This document shows positions 1 through 9,148 of a stretch of 64,000 bases of DNA, piece by piece. The notes under the pieces were generated by a model that did no database searches, was not told the origin of the DNA, and saw nothing but the letters and a program-made list of their open reading frames with translations. Both the position numbers and the translations under genes were made by a program. The stretch comes from Fibrobacteria bacterium (GTDB taxonomy: Bacteria; Fibrobacterota; Chitinivibrionia; Chitinivibrionales; FEN-1185), in contig JBBIGR010000004.1 in assembly GCA_037447435.1 (NCBI GenBank), positions 64,001 to 128,000 of the forward strand, written 5' to 3'. Numbering within the stretch: position 1 is the first letter of the stretch; each line of letters starts with the position of its first letter.

Positions 1-298
1 CTGCAAATGAAAAGACAGATGTTGAAAATGTGTTTTTATAATAGGAAGCATATGCCAATGAGGCGTCGGTAGTCGAATCGAACGATAAATTACCCGGATT
101 GGTTTGCGGCGACCCGTCATGGGCAAAAACAAAATCCGCACCTGCCAAAGAGGCGCAACGCGGCATTAAAAATAACGCACGCGTATTATCTGCATAGTAT
201 TTTGAATTGGAAATTGATACTGTCGTGTCTGCCCAACTCAAACAGCAACAGAAGCATAGGGAAAGAGAACCGATTAAACCGGTATGTAATTTACTCAT
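1..298 (-). CDS. Exported protein, PorV/PorQ (UPF0164)-like outer-membrane family; partial, runs off the window start
   Basis: Not in the ORF track. Translated by hand from ATG at 298: MSKLHTGLIGSLSLCFCCCLSWADTT...MPRCASLAGADFVFAHDGSPQTNPGNL..., open to base 1. Signal peptide plus an R-x2-SLAGA...NP-x2-L pattern typical of PorV/PorQ N-termini. Confidence 0.55.
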   Translation of the reverse strand, partial: MSKLHTGLIGSLSLCFCCCLSWADTTVSISNSKYYADNTRALFLMPRCASLAGADFVFAHDGSPQTNPGNLSFDSTTDASLAYASYYKNTFSTSVFSFA

Positions 299-439
299 GC
301 TTTAAGTACGGCCAGACTAAAAAGAAAATTTACCAAAGCTTTAAGAACATCCTACATTGTTATAAAATAATGAATTTTTCTTAAAACAGAGCCAAATAAA
401 ACAAGTTTGGGTTAATTTAAAAAAAACAAATCAAATGCC

Positions 440-468
440 TTGATTAGTTTTCACCAGTTTTCTATTTT
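440..468 (+). promoter_or_regulatory. Putative sigma70 promoter of the tRNA-Val gene
   Basis: TTGATT (440-445), 17 bp spacer, TATTTT (463-468), 10 bp upstream of the tRNA 5' end. Confidence 0.45.
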
Positions 469-478
469 TAACATGCTC

Positions 479-552
479 GGGCGTATGGCTCAGTTGGTTA
501 AAGCGCTGCGTTCACATCGCAGAGATCCCTGGTTCGAATCCAGGTGCGCCCA
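479..552 (+). tRNA. tRNA-Val (anticodon CAC)
   Basis: Cloverleaf: acceptor GGGCGTA/TGCGCCC, D-arm GCTC-AGTTGGTTA-AAGC, anticodon arm CTGCG-TT CAC AT-CGCAG (CAC at 513-515), T-arm CCTGG-TTCGAAT-CCAGG, discriminator A552. CCA is not encoded. Confidence 0.97.
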
Positions 553-608
553 TTTTCTTCTAGTCGGACTTCTCGAGAAACAACAGCGTATTTCGTAACT
601 ATAAAAAC

Positions 609-2054
609 ATGATTAAACCAAATCAATTTGCCCTATTGCTTTTTACCGCAACAATCTGTTTTCCGCTGTTTTCACAAACATCAGACACTTCGTGCCTTAT
701 TTTGGAAGCGCCCAAACAAGGCAACACAATCGCAAGCCCGACCTGTACCGTGAGCGTTCGTGCGTGCAGCAAAGTGTCTTCCATTCAATTCCGTGCGCAA
801 TACAAAAATCCCGGAAAAGCTGCCGATACCACTGTTTTCATAGGATCGATAGCAAATCCTCCGTTTAAATTTTCATGGAATATAGACCAAATGCCCAATG
901 TGCTCTATCAGGGCATCACTCTGACCGCAGACGCCATGCTTCGAAACGGTATGCGTCAATCGATCAGTAAACAAGGGATTTTCTTTGCTCACAAATCAAT
1001 TATCCGCCCCACGACTTTTATAAAATTCGGCAGCGAAGCATCGTCCCAACTGTTCACCCAATCCCGTTCGTCCGATCGTTTCCCTGCAACGGTACAGGCA
1101 TTTTCATACTACGACAATTCCAGAATTCATTTTACCGTAAAAACAATGTCCGCCATTACGTTCAGCACCCAACCGTCCGCCTCGCTTTCCGATTGGGGTG
1201 TCGACATAGGAATCGACACAAGACTTTCAATGCAATCATATCCGTCCGACAGCGTATTATTTATTTCCTTTAACTTAAACGGCAATGCCGAACAAACCGT
1301 ATTTAAGCCGATTAGAGGCGCCGATGGTTCCTTCACTATCGCCAAATTGAAAAAAAGCATACAATGTCCGTTTGAACTGACAAAAGATGATGCCAAAGGG
1401 TTCACAATGGAAATCGACATTCCAAAAGAACTGACCGGAAGCATCGTTCCCGATTCTTTTTCCTGCAATATGATCGTTAAATTACCCGGCGATAGCGCGA
1501 GCCCCGCAATAGTTTCCTGGGCTAACGCCGTCGGCAACAATGCCTATTGCCCGGTTGTATGGAGCACCGTGCGCTTGCGGCCTCCTCCGTTTTACCATGT
1601 CCGCATTTATCAATGGTTGCTGGCTTTTGGCGCCGGCATGATTTGCGTTGTCCTGGTGGGCTTCATCATATCTCTTATCAATAAACGCTCGACCACGTTC
1701 GAGCAATTCGAACAAACCGAAGACGAAAAAAAGGTGACCGATCAAATATATCAATATCTCGAAGAAACCATTACCAAAAAAGACATCTCTTTGGCATGGC
1801 TGGCCCAAAAGTTGGACATGGCGCCCAAAAGAATCGAACGCCTGCTCAAAAAATTCAAACGGAAATCCTTCAAGGATTATGTGATGGTCTTACGGATAGA
1901 AATTGCAAAGGAAAGACTGCGCTCATCGCATGCGAGCGAAAAGTCGATTGCCGATTCTTGCGGGTTTAAAAACGTGACCGAGATGGAGAAATACTTTGTC
2001 AAATTCTGCCGGACAACTCCCTACAAATTTCGAAAAGATAATCAGGTAGCCTAG
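609..2054 (+). CDS. Membrane-anchored AraC-family regulator (signal peptide, extracytoplasmic domain, TM helix, AraC HTH)
   Basis: N-terminal signal peptide; TM segment WLLAFGAGMICVVLVGFIISLI; C-terminal AraC HTH (SFKDYVMVLRIEIAKERL...IADSCGF...FVKFCRTTPYKFR). Confidence 0.85.
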   Translation: MIKPNQFALLLFTATICFPLFSQTSDTSCLILEAPKQGNTIASPTCTVSVRACSKVSSIQFRAQYKNPGKAADTTVFIGSIANPPFKFSWNIDQMPNVLYQGITLTADAMLRNGMRQSISKQGIFFAHKSIIRPTTFIKFGSEASSQLFTQSRSSDRFPATVQAFSYYDNSRIHFTVKTMSAITFSTQPSASLSDWGVDIGIDTRLSMQSYPSDSVLFISFNLNGNAEQTVFKPIRGADGSFTIAKLKKSIQCPFELTKDDAKGFTMEIDIPKELTGSIVPDSFSCNMIVKLPGDSASPAIVSWANAVGNNAYCPVVWSTVRLRPPPFYHVRIYQWLLAFGAGMICVVLVGFIISLINKRSTTFEQFEQTEDEKKVTDQIYQYLEETITKKDISLAWLAQKLDMAPKRIERLLKKFKRKSFKDYVMVLRIEIAKERLRSSHASEKSIADSCGFKNVTEMEKYFVKFCRTTPYKFRKDNQVA

Positions 2055-2056
2055 CG

Positions 2057-4135
2057 TTACGCTGCAGAAACCTTCTTTGCCATAAACAAGGCCCGCTGTA
2101 TTTCAAGGTCCAATTGATTCTTATCGTACGGTTTCGTAAACCATTTGAAAATATTCATGGATTCAATGCTTTTTTGCCTAGGAGGATACCCGGAAACCAC
2201 AATCACAATGAGTTCCTTTTTAACCGAGCGCAACGATTCGATGACATGATGCGGATCGTCTTGCTGCAGATGCCAGTCCATGATAACGACTTCACATTCC
2301 TCCAGATTTTTCTTCAGTTCGCTCATTCCTTCGGCCAATGTCGATGCTTCACAAACGGAATATTTAAATTCCTTCATGAAAAACGTCAAAATGCTTCTGA
2401 TCTTCGGATCGTCGTCAAGAAGAAGGACTTTGGTCGGTCTGCGATTCGAAAGCACGACGGTTGTGTCCCTGTCTACCTCGCCGCCTTCGCTTTCGGGAAT
2501 TTCAATGCAAAAGGTTGTTCCCCGTTTATCGGTTTTTTCGATAAATATCCTGCCGTTATGCAGGGAAACGATTCGTTGAACTAAAGCAAGGCCGAGCCCG
2601 GTGCCTTTACCCGGTTTTTTTGTGGTAAAGAACGGATCGAATATTTTTTCAACAATGTCATGAGGAATGCCGGTACCGGTATCGGAAAACCGGATTTTCA
2701 CCATGCCGTTTGTCGTTTCATCGTGTTGCGTCGAAAGTTCGATCGTGATCGCTCCGCCGCCGGGCATTGCGTCACGAGAGTTGCCGATCAGATTTTGGAA
2801 AATCCGTTTAAAATAATCGGCATCGCCCTGTATCCATACCGGGTCGCTTGGCGCTTTCAGAACAATATCGTACGAATTACCGAGTTGACTCCCGTACAGT
2901 GGAATAACGCTTTCCATGAAATTCTGCAGTTGAATCGGCTGATAGTCCAAAAGCTTTTTTCTTCCCAAAGCGAGCAATTCAGAAATCAGGAGCTTTGCTT
3001 CAACAAGCGTTTCGGATATGATTTCCATATGCTTTTTCGTTTCGGTTTCCTTTGTATCTTTTTCCACAATGGAAGCAATGTCCGAAACCGTTTGCAGGAT
3101 ATTATTAAAGTCATGCGCCATACCGCTGGCCAAGGTCCCGAGCGATTCCATTTTTTGGTATTGATACAGACGCGAGACCATTTCCTCCCTTTGCGACAAA
3201 GCGAGCTCCCTGTCGCTCACATCGGTCATGATTCCTTCAAAAATGAGCGGCTTTCCCGGTTCCGAAAGCGGTTGAATGAAACAATCCACGAATTTATTGT
3301 TTCCGTTGAAATCCTTGATTTGAAAGGTGCCTTTGAATTCCGATTTATCCAATTTCAGGAGATCGGGTTTTTGCATGAAATCAAAAATGCTTCGGTTAGG
3401 AATGACTTTGGCAGGCAATCCGATAATGGCAAAAGCGGTTTGGTTAGCCCAAATAAAACGGCCGCGATCATCAAGCGTAAACAACATTTCGGGCAAACGA
3501 TGGACGAGATTCTGGTATCGCAATTCGGAACTGATTACCTTGTTGATGGTAGTGAAATTTTTCCTGGATATAATACCTGCTACGGTTGCAACAATTACCA
3601 ACAAAAAGACCCGTACGCCCAAATCGAAAACCCAGGCTTCCACAGGTACGGGTTTATGAAGAAGAGAGAAAACAAAATAAAAAGAATAACATACTGCCGA
3701 CATGATACCGCTAAAAATCGAAAGCGATAACTTATTATGCAATGCGGTGAAAATGATTGCGATAAAGTAAACGCCGAATAGCGACATTCGAAGAAGCGAG
3801 GAGGTGGTTCCCATCATGGAATAAGACCACAACACCACGGTCATGACAATAATGTCCAAAGAAACGAGCACAAATGCCGAATATGATTTACCGCGAGTTT
3901 TACCGAAGCGGGTTATATAGTATCCGCTGTATCCCAAAAGTACTAAAACGGCACACATTTGAAACGCAAATGCTTTAACGGAGATCTCATCGAGCATGTA
4001 GCAATAAAAAGCTAAAAAAGAATATCCTATGCCTATGGCAAGCCGAATCCAGGAACTCCATCGCTCCGATTCGACCTCTGCCCGCATAATGGTTTGAGTT
4101 TTTCCAAGAAAGTTCTTTTGAGTTTCTATAGACAT
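2057..4135 (-). CDS. Hybrid sensor histidine kinase (multi-TM, PAS, HisKA, HATPase, receiver)
   Basis: H-box AHDFNNIL, N-box NLIGNSRDAM, DTGTGI, FDPFFTTK, GTGLGL; receiver LLLDDD...VIMDW...KPY. Confidence 0.93.
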   Translation of the reverse strand: MSIETQKNFLGKTQTIMRAEVESERWSSWIRLAIGIGYSFLAFYCYMLDEISVKAFAFQMCAVLVLLGYSGYYITRFGKTRGKSYSAFVLVSLDIIVMTVVLWSYSMMGTTSSLLRMSLFGVYFIAIIFTALHNKLSLSIFSGIMSAVCYSFYFVFSLLHKPVPVEAWVFDLGVRVFLLVIVATVAGIISRKNFTTINKVISSELRYQNLVHRLPEMLFTLDDRGRFIWANQTAFAIIGLPAKVIPNRSIFDFMQKPDLLKLDKSEFKGTFQIKDFNGNNKFVDCFIQPLSEPGKPLIFEGIMTDVSDRELALSQREEMVSRLYQYQKMESLGTLASGMAHDFNNILQTVSDIASIVEKDTKETETKKHMEIISETLVEAKLLISELLALGRKKLLDYQPIQLQNFMESVIPLYGSQLGNSYDIVLKAPSDPVWIQGDADYFKRIFQNLIGNSRDAMPGGGAITIELSTQHDETTNGMVKIRFSDTGTGIPHDIVEKIFDPFFTTKKPGKGTGLGLALVQRIVSLHNGRIFIEKTDKRGTTFCIEIPESEGGEVDRDTTVVLSNRRPTKVLLLDDDPKIRSILTFFMKEFKYSVCEASTLAEGMSELKKNLEECEVVIMDWHLQQDDPHHVIESLRSVKKELIVIVVSGYPPRQKSIESMNIFKWFTKPYDKNQLDLEIQRALFMAKKVSAA

Positions 4136-4392
4136 ATTTTAATCCTTAATCTTCGAAATTCGAGAAAAAACGCCTATTTAACCCCTTAACCAAAACCCAT
4201 TGAAATAATACCACTTTCTGGTTTTAAAATCCATAGTATTTTAAAACCAGGGAAATGGCTAAATGGAATCCGCTCGAATAAAAACAGTTATGAATAACCA
4301 TAAATATCCTGCATCGATTTTATCAGCGTTTTTTGCCAGGGGTTTCAATATAAATATTGGTTCGGATAAAACCTTGGATTTGTTTTAATTCC

Positions 4393-5763
4393 ATGAAAAA
4401 AAAAGCATTAGTCATAAATCCCTGGATCATGGATTTTAAGCTCTATGACGAATGGATGCACCCGTGCGGCCTTTATTTTCTGTACGATTTTTTATTACGC
4501 AACGGATTTGACACCGTATTTTACAATTGTCTCAAACGAAGCCAAAGTACAAAACCAAAACAAAACGGTACGGGCGAATTTCCCAATGCGGAAATTGCAA
4601 AACCGGGCATTTATAAGGGAGTTAAACGCAAATTCAAGCGATACGGCGTTTCCCAAGACGAGTTCACTGGCTTCCTCTTGTCAACGAATAAACCCGATGT
4701 GATTTTTTTAGGCAGTTCTATGACCTATTGGGCAATGGGCTTGGCCGAAACAATCAAAATCGTCACAAGTATCTTTCCCGATATCCCCTGCATTGTCGGT
4801 GGAACCGCCGCGCACCTTATTCCAAATTGGATTAGATCGATTCCGGGCGTAACCCATGTTTTCACGGGAAATCTTTTCAATGCCAATGATTTAAAACAAT
4901 CGGGCATTCCCCTTTTAAGCGAGCTTACGGCATTGCCCTGCGCCGCCTCGATGAATCCGGCATTCGAAAGTATGGAGTCCCTCAACCATGCGCCGGTAAT
5001 GACTTCACTGGGATGCCCCATGTCCTGTTCTTATTGTGCATCCAAAATTCTCTGTAAAACCTATACCCGTCGCCCGGTCGAAACCGTTGCAGCGGAACTC
5101 GCATTGTGCGTGTCCGAATTCGACGTTTCGAATGCCGCATTTTATGATGACGCGTTGCTGTTCGATGCCGAAAACAATTTCATCCCTTTTGTCAACAAAA
5201 TACGGGATATGCGGTTACCGGTTCAATTTCATACGCCAAACGGTTTGCATGTCGCGTTCATGAACCGTTTTTTAATAGATCTCATGCTTGACATTGGGTT
5301 TAAAACGATTCGCCTGGGATACGAAAGCGGCAAACTATCCGACACCCGTCACACAAGCGGTAAAACATCCTTTGAACAGCTCGCACAAAAAATCGTTCTG
5401 ATGAAATCCGGAGGTTTTTTGAGTTCGGGCATCGGCGTCTACTTGATGGCCGGGCTCCCCGGGCAAACGCCGCAAATGGTCATGGAAGAATTAGCCGAAG
5501 TCGCATCGCTGGGTGTTTTAGTGAAACCGGTATTTTTATCCCCGGTGCCGCACACAGCTTTATTTGAATCATATTCTTTATTGTATCCGCAAATACTTGC
5601 CGACCCGTTAACGCATAACGATTCTTATTTTGTGACCTTGTTACCGCAATGGGACGCTACGGCTATGCAGGATGTTTTGGATAGGGCAAAATCTCATAAT
5701 CAGAAAATACAAGCACCTGCCGATCCTAGTGACAGCAGCCTCGGCATTCCAAAACCCGCGTAA
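4393..5763 (+). CDS. B12-binding-domain radical SAM protein
   Basis: CxxxCxxC motif GCPMSCSYC; N-terminal cobalamin-binding-like region (PDVIFLGSSMTYW, VGGTAA); FYDDALL, TPNGLH. ATG 4393 preferred over TTG 4357. Confidence 0.88.
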   Translation: MKKKALVINPWIMDFKLYDEWMHPCGLYFLYDFLLRNGFDTVFYNCLKRSQSTKPKQNGTGEFPNAEIAKPGIYKGVKRKFKRYGVSQDEFTGFLLSTNKPDVIFLGSSMTYWAMGLAETIKIVTSIFPDIPCIVGGTAAHLIPNWIRSIPGVTHVFTGNLFNANDLKQSGIPLLSELTALPCAASMNPAFESMESLNHAPVMTSLGCPMSCSYCASKILCKTYTRRPVETVAAELALCVSEFDVSNAAFYDDALLFDAENNFIPFVNKIRDMRLPVQFHTPNGLHVAFMNRFLIDLMLDIGFKTIRLGYESGKLSDTRHTSGKTSFEQLAQKIVLMKSGGFLSSGIGVYLMAGLPGQTPQMVMEELAEVASLGVLVKPVFLSPVPHTALFESYSLLYPQILADPLTHNDSYFVTLLPQWDATAMQDVLDRAKSHNQKIQAPADPSDSSLGIPKPA

Positions 5764-5790
5764 CGAAACAACGTCGCCGAAAGATTGTTG

Positions 5791-6501
5791 CTATTTGGCC
5801 ATAGCGGCTTTTTTCAGATTTGCGGGCATTTTTTCTATGGCATATCGCAAGGCGGTACGCGGCATTGTCGCTTTACGTTTCATGACAAAGTCGAATATTT
5901 GCGTGCAATGGGGTTTGCTTGCCTCTTTTAACATCCATCCGTAGCCTTTTTGCACCATGTCGTCGTCATCAAGTAACAACGTATCGGCTATTTTCAGGAT
6001 CTCGGCGAGAAACAGTCCTTTACGAGCAGGAATAATCAGGCTCACGGCCGAACCGCGCCTTACCCAACGGTTTTTCGATGCGGTCCATGCAAACAGGTCG
6101 TTTATTTTTTCAGGGAACTTCATGACGAAAGAGCCGATCGCATGGTTGCAGAGCGTGTCGCAAATTGCCCAATTGTCAACATACCGGTTGAGCCATTTCG
6201 CAAGAACGGCGAAGTCCTGTTCCTCAAACGCCTTCGATTGTTTGTCCAGCCAGAACAACCCGACCAATTTCTCTTCGAATTTGTTCGTTTGCAACAGCGA
6301 TTCGCAATAGGTAAAGATCACGTCTTTGCCTTGATCTTTAATCGTCTTGTAATACTCTGCGGCAACGCTGCGGACTTGTGCCGCTTTCAGCCCGTGGAAA
6401 GCCACCGTTTCCTTAAAAAAGCGCTTGGCACTTTCCCGTGTTTTCGCATCGCCTTTTTCCAATAAAGCGGTTCTGACTTTTTTACAAACAGGATAATCCA
6501 T
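5791..6501 (-). CDS. DNA alkylation repair protein (AlkD-like)
   Basis: VDNWAICD, NRWVRR, MVQKGYGWMLKE and MPRTALRYAIEK are hallmark AlkD-family motifs. Confidence 0.9.
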   Translation of the reverse strand: MDYPVCKKVRTALLEKGDAKTRESAKRFFKETVAFHGLKAAQVRSVAAEYYKTIKDQGKDVIFTYCESLLQTNKFEEKLVGLFWLDKQSKAFEEQDFAVLAKWLNRYVDNWAICDTLCNHAIGSFVMKFPEKINDLFAWTASKNRWVRRGSAVSLIIPARKGLFLAEILKIADTLLLDDDDMVQKGYGWMLKEASKPHCTQIFDFVMKRKATMPRTALRYAIEKMPANLKKAAMAK

Positions 6502-6516
6502 GATTATTCCTCATCG

Positions 6517-6547
6517 AAAACCCCGCAGCAACGCTACGGGGCTTTTT
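6517..6547 (-). terminator. Probable intrinsic terminator after the deacetylase gene
   Basis: Minus strand CCCCGTAGC-GTT-GCTGCGGGG followed by TTTT, about 20 bp after the stop at 6568. Confidence 0.55.
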
Positions 6548-6567
6548 CGCGAAAATGCTTTTGCGGC

Positions 6568-8010
6568 TTACTGCCCGACGGTTATCCTGCGGGCAAGATC
6601 CAGCCCTGCCGGATTGGTAATGCGGAGAATGTACGCTCCTTTTGTTTTAACCATGTTTTGCAGGGGCAATGCATGGCGGCCTTTTGCATATGTCGACATC
6701 GGAAGCTGCCAAACCCGTTGCCCGCTGCAATTGAAAAGGCTTAGGGCAAGACTTTGGTCGGCATCGAGGTTAAAAACAACGGACTTCTTGACAACAAGGA
6801 TAGCGGACAGCGCCGGGTTCGTGCGACGGGCCGGAAGCCCTTTTTGCACGGCATCCACGCCGATTCGCCCGTTCAAATCGACCGGGTTTTTGAGCCATTG
6901 CACCAATTGCTGCGCTGTCACGAATCTGACATCGGGTTTGGTGAGCGCGTAGTTGATAAACGACTCAACAACGCCTTTTCGCTGCGCCTGGGTGATGAAC
7001 GGGATCGAATCCGAGGGATCGTCTGAGACGTATTCGTCGGGATGGAAATTGATCGTGATAGGGCATCGGTTTCCCAAAAAACGCTGGTCCAGGGAATATT
7101 TCAAGGTCGCGAGATATTCCTCGCTGTCCAATTGACAGCATTCGTCGTCGAAACTGTGTATAAGGTTATAATCGAACCCGGTCATTTTGCCGTTCGTCGT
7201 ATCAAACCAATCGATGCCTTTCAGAATTCGCCCTCTTACTCCGGGTTTGAATCCGTATTTGGCGGCAACCGAGTCCGGCGGAACCTCGTAATTGTAAACA
7301 GGGATTTCCCAGAGCCCCGGAGTTTTTCCGCACGTGGAATAGGTATACGTCGGATCTTCTTTGACCCATTCCAATTGAACCGCGTCCGAAGGGCTGCCGT
7401 TGTCCAGGGTGTAGGGCCAAAAAAAGCATGTTCCGTCCTGATCGTCTTCCACCCCTTCTTCTATACTGCAATCGTACAAATAGTTTCGAGCGGCAAGGAT
7501 CTGATAAGTAAACGCATTATACGAAAGCAGCGGGGTCCTGAACCCGACAAAAGTAGATCGGTCAAGTTGCATGGCCAATGCGGTCAGCGAATCGGATTTT
7601 GCAATGGTCTTCGTCCAATCCGCGAGGCTGCGTTTGTAGCCGTCGGTATAATGCGAAAACGTATGATTGCCGACCTCATTGCCATCTGCATAAACCCGTT
7701 TCCAGGCCGACACGCACGCCGAATCGGAATACGACGACCCGATCAAATAAAAACTCATCCGGACAAGGGCGCTGTCAAAGGTTTTCGCATTTCCTTTTCC
7801 CGCCGGATTGCGTTTGTTTTTTATGAAATTACTGATCCAATCCATGCCTTCGGGCATTGTATTGTCATCGGCACCCAGGACGATAAATACGGGAACCGAA
7901 TCTTTGGAAAGCCCTCCGGGAGGACCGGCAAACGGATTTGCAACGTCTATCGACCATGTTGTCCCGCACAGAGCAAAAACCAAAAAAAACATAAACAAAA
8001 GTCGTTTCAT
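6568..8010 (-). CDS. Secreted polysaccharide deacetylase (CE4/NodB-like) with C-terminal sorting-type domain
   Basis: Signal peptide from ATG 8010 (MKRLLFMFFLVFALCG); GADDN, NHTFSH, FRTP, LWEIPVY; tail SLFNCSGQRV...GAYILRI. Confidence 0.85.
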   Translation of the reverse strand: MKRLLFMFFLVFALCGTTWSIDVANPFAGPPGGLSKDSVPVFIVLGADDNTMPEGMDWISNFIKNKRNPAGKGNAKTFDSALVRMSFYLIGSSYSDSACVSAWKRVYADGNEVGNHTFSHYTDGYKRSLADWTKTIAKSDSLTALAMQLDRSTFVGFRTPLLSYNAFTYQILAARNYLYDCSIEEGVEDDQDGTCFFWPYTLDNGSPSDAVQLEWVKEDPTYTYSTCGKTPGLWEIPVYNYEVPPDSVAAKYGFKPGVRGRILKGIDWFDTTNGKMTGFDYNLIHSFDDECCQLDSEEYLATLKYSLDQRFLGNRCPITINFHPDEYVSDDPSDSIPFITQAQRKGVVESFINYALTKPDVRFVTAQQLVQWLKNPVDLNGRIGVDAVQKGLPARRTNPALSAILVVKKSVVFNLDADQSLALSLFNCSGQRVWQLPMSTYAKGRHALPLQNMVKTKGAYILRITNPAGLDLARRITVGQ

Positions 8011-8090
8011 TTTCCACAACCTTCTTTTTGAAAACGTGATTGTAATCCCGGTTAAAAATATGTCGGCACGTTCATTCTTGCAATGCCGGA

Positions 8091-8618
8091 TCATTCATCA
8101 CGAAGGGTTTTTACCAGGCGCGCACGGGCCAACTCCAATAATCTGAGAACCCCCGGCTCCTTATAATCCGGATAAGTCCATGAAAAAAACCTGAAATTTC
8201 CCTTCCGGTAATGAAGCGTGACTTCGCCGAATATACCCTGAGACAAATAAATTCTATGGTAAAAATCCTTCGTACTAGCCAAAATCAGTTTATCGCGGGT
8301 AATATATCCCGGATCAAGGTTTATCGTGCGTTTTCCATTTATTGCGTATCGTGCTTCAATTCCGTTGGTCACGTTTTTTATCGTCGATAACGCTTCCCTG
8401 TCTATATACTTTTCAAACACGCAATATGTTTTTTGCAGATCATTTCCCATTTCATTTTCGTAATATCCAGTATGATGAAACGGCACGGGACCGAATATTC
8501 TATCGACAGGACCGTACCTATCGGTGAGAAGCCTTACTACTTCGTCAAGTGGTACCGACCGCTGGAGCATAATTCCCATAAAAAGAACCGCGTTGTACGG
8601 CACGGACGCTTCACCCAT
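8091..8618 (-). CDS. DUF4416 family protein
   Basis: YYENEMG, RTINLDPGY, LASTKDFYHRIYL, WTYPDY motifs. Confidence 0.85.
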   Translation of the reverse strand: MGEASVPYNAVLFMGIMLQRSVPLDEVVRLLTDRYGPVDRIFGPVPFHHTGYYENEMGNDLQKTYCVFEKYIDREALSTIKNVTNGIEARYAINGKRTINLDPGYITRDKLILASTKDFYHRIYLSQGIFGEVTLHYRKGNFRFFSWTYPDYKEPGVLRLLELARARLVKTLRDE

Positions 8619-8761
8619 TTGTAAACTTCCTCAACCGGGAGAATTCATTTTTCCACAATTCGATTTTCATACCGATTTTGAATATATTTTATACGATTCA
8701 TATTCTGGATGCAATTTTTTAAAAATCATGGTATAGTTCAAAGAACAAAACCGGAGAAACG

Positions 8762-9124
8762 ATGCAATTTCTTTTGACCTTGCAAAAGAAAAACGATCAT
8801 ACGGTGTTTAACCTTGCCGGCGATCTGAATTACGAAGGCGCCTGCAAGCTTAAAAACACGTTCAACGAGGTTCTGGCCGGCGGAGAAGTACATTTTGTTC
8901 TTGATTTGACCGGGCTTAAAATTATTTCAAGTTATGCCTTGTCTACTATTCTGAAATTATCGTATATGGCAAAAAAAATGGACGGTTCGGTCAACATCAT
9001 CTGTGGGCAGGGAAATGTGTGGGATGTATTTTATGTGCTCGAAGTCGGTAAAGTCATCCCGGTATTCGAATCAATCGAAGCATTTTTGGCTTCTAAATCA
9101 AACGCCGGAACATCATCGCAGTAG
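8762..9124 (+). CDS. STAS-domain protein (anti-sigma-factor antagonist type)
   Basis: LAGDLNY...VLDLTGLKIISSYAL...IPVFES; SD GGAG upstream. Confidence 0.85.
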   Translation: MQFLLTLQKKNDHTVFNLAGDLNYEGACKLKNTFNEVLAGGEVHFVLDLTGLKIISSYALSTILKLSYMAKKMDGSVNIICGQGNVWDVFYVLEVGKVIPVFESIEAFLASKSNAGTSSQ

Positions 9125-9148
9125 AATTATAGTAAAGGATATTATCGG

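Noticed and set aside
202..384. 60-aa plus-strand ORF
   Set aside because: Overlaps the better-supported minus-strand CDS starting at 298.
520..610. Island integrated at tRNA-Val
   Set aside because: No integrase and no duplicate of the tRNA 3' end noticed in the window.
2114..3730. Long antisense ORFs (also 7042-8031, 34017-35171, 50919-51953, 53784-54626)
   Set aside because: Shadows of well-supported opposite-strand genes, with no motifs or SD.
8625..8760. Rex operator upstream of the rnf operon
   Set aside because: No convincing TTGTGAA-N4-TTCACAA match by eye.
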